In this document: one piece after another, positions 38,093-43,250 of the stretch
Numbering within the stretch: the first letter of the stretch is position 1
Layout: every line of letters starts with the position of its first letter
Source: Occultella glacieicola
GTDB lineage: Bacteria > Actinomycetota > Actinomycetes > Actinomycetales > Beutenbergiaceae
DNA: 43,250 nt
Assembly: GCF_004353825.1 (NCBI RefSeq)
Contig: NZ_SMNA01000018.1
Span: 1-43,250, forward strand
Direction of reading: 5' to 3'
Program-made: the position numbers and the translations under genes
The notes under the pieces: model-generated
Databases searched by the model: none
The model's input: the letters and a program-made list of their open reading frames with translations, nothing else
What the model was told of the DNA's origin: nothing

Positions 38093-38629
38093 GTGGCAAA
38101 GGCAACGCTGGGGAACCTGACGTCCAAGGAGTACGAACTCGTCCTGGAGACGGAGAGGAAGAACCTGGACACCCTCGACGAGGACGGCCTCGATTCGCTC
38201 CTGACGCGGGTGCGGCGGGCCCGCACGAAGTACGTGAAGCTGCACCGCGACGAGGTCGCCGCCGCCGTTCCCGCCAAGGGCGCCCGCGGCGCAGCCAGTG
38301 CGGCGCCGCGGCGCAGCGGGGACAAGGCGGAGATCTTCGAGGAGTCCCTGGCCCGGGTCAGCGCCGCCCTGGCGAAGGCAGCCCGGGCGAGCGCCGCCGA
38401 GCTGAAGGCGGAGCGGCTTGCCGCCGCGGCGGGCGGCGCCGCGGCCTCCCCGGCCGCCGCGCCCGCGAAGACCACCCGCGCGAAGGCGGGCGCGAAGGCG
38501 GGCACTGCGAAGGCGAGTGCCGCGAAGGCGAGCACGAAGGTCGGCTCCCGCTCCGCCGTCGCGAAGAAGACGGCCGCGAGCAGCAAGGCGCAGGGTGCCC
38601 GCCGGCAGGCTAAGAGCGACGCCCGCTGA
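38093..38629 (+). CDS. Hypothetical protein with a Lys/Ala-rich basic tail
   Basis: GGGAGG RBS before GTG. Helical core RVRRARTKY...KAEIFEESLARVS and an AK-repeat C-terminus. Confidence 0.75.
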   Translation: MAKATLGNLTSKEYELVLETERKNLDTLDEDGLDSLLTRVRRARTKYVKLHRDEVAAAVPAKGARGAASAAPRRSGDKAEIFEESLARVSAALAKAARASAAELKAERLAAAAGGAAASPAAAPAKTTRAKAGAKAGTAKASAAKASTKVGSRSAVAKKTAASSKAQGARRQAKSDAR

Positions 38630-38780
38630 CCGGCGGCGAGGTAGCCGCCTGCGTGTCGAGGCAGTCCGTTCGCGGTGACTACTTCGACGGGCCCGGGACT
38701 GACTCGCTGATCCGCTGCGTCACTGACCCGTCCGGCGGGTCAGTGACGCAACGGCCGGAAAGCCGCGTCCGGAGTGACCG

Positions 38781-39371
38781 TCAGGCGGTGCGGTAGGCCT
38801 CGAGCCAGAGGTCCGCGAGGAGCCGGTGGCCGGCGGGCGTCGGGTGCACGCCGTCGTGGGCGAGCGCCGCCGCACCAACCCGGGCCGCCGCCTGTGCGTA
38901 CGGTCCGTCCGTCGCGACGTACTCGGCCCCGAACTCCTCGGCCAGGCGCCGCACTGCCGCGATCTTCGGGTCCAGGTCCTCGCGCCAGTCCCACTGGTCC
39001 GGGCCGAGCGCCAGCAGGAACGGCTCGACGAGCAGGATCCGGCCGACTCCCGCCGCCCGGCTCCGAGCGAGCAGGTCCCGGTAGCCAGCCTCGTAGGACC
39101 GCGCGGACGTCGGGTCGTCACGGTCGTAGCGGCGCCAGGTGTCGTTGATGCCGATCATGATCGACAGCACGTCGGGGGTGTGCGCGAGGACGTCCGCGTC
39201 CCAGCGTGCTTGCAGGTCCACCACGCGGTTGCCGCTGATGCCGGTGTTGAGCACCCGCTCGTCCGGGAGGTCGGCGGCGACCAGGGCGGCGTAGCCGTCG
39301 CCCAGGCTGGCGAGATCGTCACGGTCACGGCCGGCGTCGGTGATCGAGTCACCGGTGAGGAGAATGGTCAC
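38781..39371 (-). CDS. SGNH/GDSL hydrolase
   Basis: LTGDSITD, NTGISG, IGIND and DGVHP blocks. Confidence 0.92.
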   Translation of the reverse strand: MTILLTGDSITDAGRDRDDLASLGDGYAALVAADLPDERVLNTGISGNRVVDLQARWDADVLAHTPDVLSIMIGINDTWRRYDRDDPTSARSYEAGYRDLLARSRAAGVGRILLVEPFLLALGPDQWDWREDLDPKIAAVRRLAEEFGAEYVATDGPYAQAAARVGAAALAHDGVHPTPAGHRLLADLWLEAYRTA

Positions 39372-39493
39372 GATCGGGCAGCCTACTGATCCGTTCCCGA
39401 GGAGTGAACACCCGTGGTCACCATCCGGACGGACTCCTAGGATGATCGCGATCGGCGGCGCTCGCGCCGTGTCCATGCTGCAGAGGGGCATCC

Positions 39494-40252
39494 ATGTCGG
39501 ACATCCAGGACCTCAAGGTCGTCATCACCGGGGGAGCGGCCGGCATCGGCGCGGCGACGGCCGCCGAGTTCCTCACGCAGGGCGCGCGGGTCGCGGTCCT
39601 GGACCTGACCGAGTCCCGCGACGACGGCGTGGCCTCCTTCGTCTGTGACATCACCGACGAGGCCGCCACCAGGGCGGCCATGGCCGCCGCGGCCGAGGAG
39701 CTGGACGGCATCGACGCGGTGATCAACAACGCCGGCATCGGCGCCCAGGGCACGGTCGAGGACGGTGACCTGGACCTGTGGCGCAAGGTGCTCGACGTGA
39801 ACGTCGTCGGGATGGCCTCGGTCACCCGGGCCGCCCTGCCCTACCTGCGCGAGTCGGACCGCGCCGCGGTCGTGAACATCTCCTCGATCGTCGCGCTCGT
39901 CGGCCTCGTGCAGCGGGCCGCGTACGCCGCGAGCAAGGGCGCGGTGCTCGCGCTGACCAAGGCGATGGCCGCCGACCACGTCGGCGAGGGCATCCGGGTC
40001 AACTGCGTGGCCCCCGGCACCGTCCGCACCGAGTGGATCGACCGGTTGCTCGAGAACGCCGCGGACCCGGTCGCCGAGCGCGCCGTGCTCGAGGGGCGCC
40101 AGCCGATGGGCCGGCTCGTGTCGCCGGAGGACGTGGCCAAGGCCGTGCTGTACCTGGCCTCCCCGGCCTCCGGATCGGTGACCGGAACCTGCCTGTCCGT
40201 GGACGGCGGCACCGCCGGGGTGCAGCTGCCCCGACCGGCCCCGGTCGGATGA
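39494..40252 (+). CDS. SDR oxidoreductase (2-keto-3-deoxy-sugar acid dehydrogenase-like)
   Basis: TGGAAGIG, NNAGI, YAASKG and RVNCVAPG. Confidence 0.9.
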   Translation: MSDIQDLKVVITGGAAGIGAATAAEFLTQGARVAVLDLTESRDDGVASFVCDITDEAATRAAMAAAAEELDGIDAVINNAGIGAQGTVEDGDLDLWRKVLDVNVVGMASVTRAALPYLRESDRAAVVNISSIVALVGLVQRAAYAASKGAVLALTKAMAADHVGEGIRVNCVAPGTVRTEWIDRLLENAADPVAERAVLEGRQPMGRLVSPEDVAKAVLYLASPASGSVTGTCLSVDGGTAGVQLPRPAPVG

Positions 40253-41244
40253 GCGAACTCCCGCCGGTCGGACTCGGTGGGGCCGCGTTCGGCAACCTAT
40301 ACGGGCCGGTACCCGACGCCGTCGCCGAGGAGATCCTCGACGCCGCCTGGGCGGCCGGGATCCGCTACTTCGACACCGCCCCGCACTACGGCCTCGGCCT
40401 GTCCGAGGAGCGCCTGGGCGCACTCCTCGCGCGGCGGCCGCGCGCGGAGTACGTGCTCTCCACCAAGGTGGGCCGGCTGCTCGAGCCCAACCCCGACCAC
40501 GTGCCGGGCGCGCTGGATACCGAGAAGGGTTTCTGGGTGCCGACCAACCGCCGGCGGGTCGTGGACCTCAGCCCCGCGGGGATCCGGGACAGCCTCACCG
40601 CGAGCCTGGAGCGGCTCGGACTCGACCGCGTCGATGTGGCCTACCTCCACGACCCGGAGGAGTACCCGCGCGCCGAGGCGCACGCCGCCATCAGGACCCT
40701 GATCGAGATGCGTGAGGAGGGTCTGGTCACGGCGATCGGCGCCGGGGCGAAGGACGTTCCGGTGCTCGTCGACCTGGTCCGGGCCGCCGCGGTCCCGAAC
40801 GGCCGCGGTGGCGGGCACGGGATGGATCTGGTCATGGTCGCCGGCCGTTACACCCTGCTCGAGCAGCCCGCCTGGCCCGGGCTGGTGCCGGCCTGCGCCG
40901 AGCACGGGGTCGGGATCGTGAACGTGGGGGTCTTCAACTCCGGCCTGCTCGCGCGGAAACAGGTGCCCCCGGACGCCACCTACGAGTACGGTCCCGCCCC
41001 GGCCGCCATGATCGAGCGGGCGAACCGGATCGCCGGGGTCTGCGCCCGATTCGGGGTGGATCTGCCGACCGCGGCCGTGCACTTCGGGCGCCGGGCCCGG
41101 GGCGTCGTGAACGCCACGTTCGGCCTCAGTTCCGCGGCGGAGGTGCGCGAGCTCGTCGCTCGGCTGGACGCCCAGGTCGACGACGCGCTCTGGGTCGCCC
41201 TGGTGGCCGAGGGACTCCTTCCCGACGGCGTGATCGCGGCCTGA
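40249..41244 (+). CDS. Aldo/keto reductase (D-threo-aldose/L-fucose 1-dehydrogenase-like)
   Basis: GLGGAAFGNLY, FDTAPHYGLGLSEERLG, STKVGR, LHDP and AGRYTLLEQ. ATGA overlap with the SDR gene. Confidence 0.9.
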   Translation: MSELPPVGLGGAAFGNLYGPVPDAVAEEILDAAWAAGIRYFDTAPHYGLGLSEERLGALLARRPRAEYVLSTKVGRLLEPNPDHVPGALDTEKGFWVPTNRRRVVDLSPAGIRDSLTASLERLGLDRVDVAYLHDPEEYPRAEAHAAIRTLIEMREEGLVTAIGAGAKDVPVLVDLVRAAAVPNGRGGGHGMDLVMVAGRYTLLEQPAWPGLVPACAEHGVGIVNVGVFNSGLLARKQVPPDATYEYGPAPAAMIERANRIAGVCARFGVDLPTAAVHFGRRARGVVNATFGLSSAAEVRELVARLDAQVDDALWVALVAEGLLPDGVIAA

Positions 41245-41297
41245 CCGGGCGGCTCACCGTCCCGAGGTGGGCGCCTGCGCGGAAAGCGCGCGGGTCG

Positions 41298-41741
41298 CTA
41301 CGCGCCCACGTAGAAGAACTGCTCCGCGGGACAGTTCTCGGGGATCTCGACGCGCTCGTCCTCGCGCAACGGGACGGAGCCAAGCCCGCCACCGAGCTCG
41401 ATCCGTTCGCCGACCGTCACGGACATCCCCTGCACCCGCAGCGTCTGGCCGTCCCACTCGACCTCCGGCCACGGGAACACCGGCGTGACCTCCATGGGCT
41501 GCGACGGGTCGGCCTCCAGCGGCACCTCGGTCCGGACCACCAGGCAGCCGCCGGCCAGTTCCAGCGTGCCGACCAGTACGGCCCCGTCCCCGCCCTCGGC
41601 GTCCTGCGCGGACCAGGTCGCGAGCGCGTCCGGGCGGTCGTCCTCGGACGGCTCGGCCGGGCCGGCCGAGCACGCGCCCACGGCGAGCGTGAGAGCGCAC
41701 GCGAGGGCCGCCGTCGCACTCGTGCGAACCACCGAGATCAC
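41298..41741 (-). CDS. Putative lipoprotein
   Basis: AGGAGG RBS, signal peptide ending VGAC, and G.L...GGCL...PVFP...LGGG. Confidence 0.7.
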   Translation of the reverse strand: MISVVRTSATAALACALTLAVGACSAGPAEPSEDDRPDALATWSAQDAEGGDGAVLVGTLELAGGCLVVRTEVPLEADPSQPMEVTPVFPWPEVEWDGQTLRVQGMSVTVGERIELGGGLGSVPLREDERVEIPENCPAEQFFYVGA

Positions 41742-41783
41742 CGTGCCTGCCTCCTGTCCCCATTGTGACACTTCTCACGTCAT

Positions 41784-41918
41784 TCGTTGAATGTCCGCGC
41801 CATGGTGGACAATGGGTTTCAGGCGCGCACGATTCGCGCCGACATCGCGGTTCTTCATGCGCCGGCCACTCGGCCAGGCAGCACCAGTGTCGACCACTGC
41901 GGTGAACCCATCGAACGA
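41784..41918 (+). ncRNA. Candidate structured 5' leader of the DEAD-box helicase
   Basis: Nested stems TCGTT/AACGA, TGTCCGC/GTGGACA, ATGGGTT/AACCCAT, GGCGCG/CGCGCC and GACAT/GTGTC. Confidence 0.5.
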
Positions 41919-41930
41919 GAGAACAACTCC

Positions 41931-43250
41931 TTGTCATCAATGACTCCTGCCCAGACGCCGTCCTTCTCGGCTCTGGGAGTTCCGGCTGCGCTGGTCAAGT
42001 CCCTGACCGAGCGCGGCATCACCGAACCCTTCCCGATCCAGACCGCCACCCTGACCGACACCCTCGCCGGACGGGACGTGCTCGGCCGCGGCCGCACCGG
42101 CTCCGGCAAGACCATCGCGTTCTCGCTGCCCCTGGTGGCACGCCTGACCGACGGCCGCCGCGCAGCGTCCCGTAAGCCGCGCGGCCTCGTGCTCGCCCCG
42201 ACCCGGGAGCTCGCCAGTCAGATCGGCGAGACCATCGCCCCGCTGGCCGCGGCCGCGGGCCTGCGCCACACCGTGATCTTCGGCGGCGTCGGCCAGGGCA
42301 AGCAGGTTGCCGCCCTGAACGACGGCGTGGACATCCTGATCGCCTGCCCGGGCCGCCTCGAGGACCTCAAGGGCCAGGGCCACCTGAGCCTGGACAACAT
42401 CGAGATCGCCGTGCTCGACGAGGCCGACCACATGGCCGACCTCGGCTTCCTGCCCGCCGTGAAGCGGATCATGGACGCCACCCCGCGCGGCGGGCAGCGG
42501 ATGCTGTTCTCGGCGACCCTCGACAACGGCGTGGACATCATCGTCAAGCGCTACCTGTCGAACCCGCTGACCCACTCGGTGGACTCGGCCGCCTCTCCGG
42601 TCGCGGCCATGGAGCACCACATCTTCGAGGTGTCCGGCGCCGACGCCAAGCGCGACCTGATCGAGCAGCTCGCCGGTGGCACCTCCCGCCGGCTGCTGTT
42701 CACCCGCACGAAGCACCAGGCCAAGAAGCTGGCCCGGCAGCTGACTGCGAGCGGGATCCCCGCCGTCGACCTGCACGGAAACCTGTCCCAGAACGCGCGC
42801 GAGCGCAACCTCGAGGCGTTCTCCACCGGGGCCGTGAAGGTCCTGGTCGCCACGGACATCGCCGCGCGTGGCATCCACGTCGACGACGTCGAGCTCGTCG
42901 TGCACGTGGACCCGCCGGCCGAGCACAAGGCGTACCTGCACCGCTCCGGCCGCACCGCCCGGGCCGGCTCCGGCGGCACCGTGGTCACGCTGATGCTCCC
43001 CGAGCAGCGCGGCGACGTGCGCCAGCTGACCCGCGCGGCGAAGATCACGGCCGCCCCGGTACGGCCGGACGCGACCGCCGTCGCGAAGCTCGTCGGCGAC
43101 GTCGCTCCGCGCGTGGACCCGGCCCGCGCGCCGGCCGCCGCGGCGACCGCGCCGGCTCCGTCCGGTCCCGGCCGGGGCCGTTCGGGCCGCGGCGGCGACC
43201 GCAACGACGGCGGCCGGTCGCGTTCTGCGCGTGGCCGCGGTGGGCGCACC
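41931..43250 (+). CDS. DEAD-box RNA helicase (truncated at the 3' end by the window edge)
   Basis: Translated by hand: Q-motif F..LG..PFPIQ, GRTGSGKT, PTRELA, LDEADHM, SAT, ARGIHV and HRSGRTARAG. No stop before 43250. Start is TTG 41931 or ATG 41940. Confidence 0.95.
   Translation, partial: MSSMTPAQTPSFSALGVPAALVKSLTERGITEPFPIQTATLTDTLAGRDVLGRGRTGSGKTIAFSLPLVARLTDGRRAASRKPRGLVLAPTRELASQIGETIAPLAAAAGLRHTVIFGGVGQGKQVAALNDGVDILIACPGRLEDLKGQGHLSLDNIEIAVLDEADHMADLGFLPAVKRIMDATPRGGQRMLFSATLDNGVDIIVKRYLSNPLTHSVDSAASPVAAMEHHIFEVSGADAKRDLIEQLAGGTSRRLLFTRTKHQAKKLARQLTASGIPAVDLHGNLSQNARERNLEAFSTGAVKVLVATDIAARGIHVDDVELVVHVDPPAEHKAYLHRSGRTARAGSGGTVVTLMLPEQRGDVRQLTRAAKITAAPVRPDATAVAKLVGDVAPRVDPARAPAAAATAPAPSGPGRGRSGRGGDRNDGGRSRSARGRGGRT

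Overview
Very GC-rich actinobacterial chromosome segment, most likely Micrococcales (inferred from gene content and style). It is mostly core genome. Left to right: msrB, an EEP hydrolase, an EamA transporter, nagB, a VOC protein, a CobW/Rv0106-like gene, a NagZ-like GH3, an apparently inserted DUF1214-like gene, tRNA-Lys(UUU), and a divergent FAD oxidase / PLP-enzyme pair. Next is the mshD-ppk1-mutT1-pstSCAB / pit-DUF47-glnR / nitrobindin-ygfZ block, partly syntenic with the M. tuberculosis Rv0811c-Rv0821c region. Then asparaginase II, dtd, a macro-domain gene, clpC, an SDR+AKR sugar dehydrogenase pair, and a DEAD-box helicase that runs off the right edge and is missing from the ORF track. 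I found no transposase, integrase, prophage or CRISPR array. The strongest unexplained signals are non-coding: (1) an 85-nt multibranch RNA with its own promoter ahead of the DUF47-pit operon; (2) a structured leader on the DEAD-box helicase; (3) a 17/19 IdeR/DtxR box on a CobW-like gene whose family is normally Zur-linked; (4) a perfect SigR/SigH promoter ahead of an unknown gene plus mshD; (5) a fossil second copy of the nagZ 5' end that marks a gene insertion or replacement; (6) a hairpin-dense intergenic element near 29.7-30.0 kb. All family assignments come from motif recognition, not database searches.
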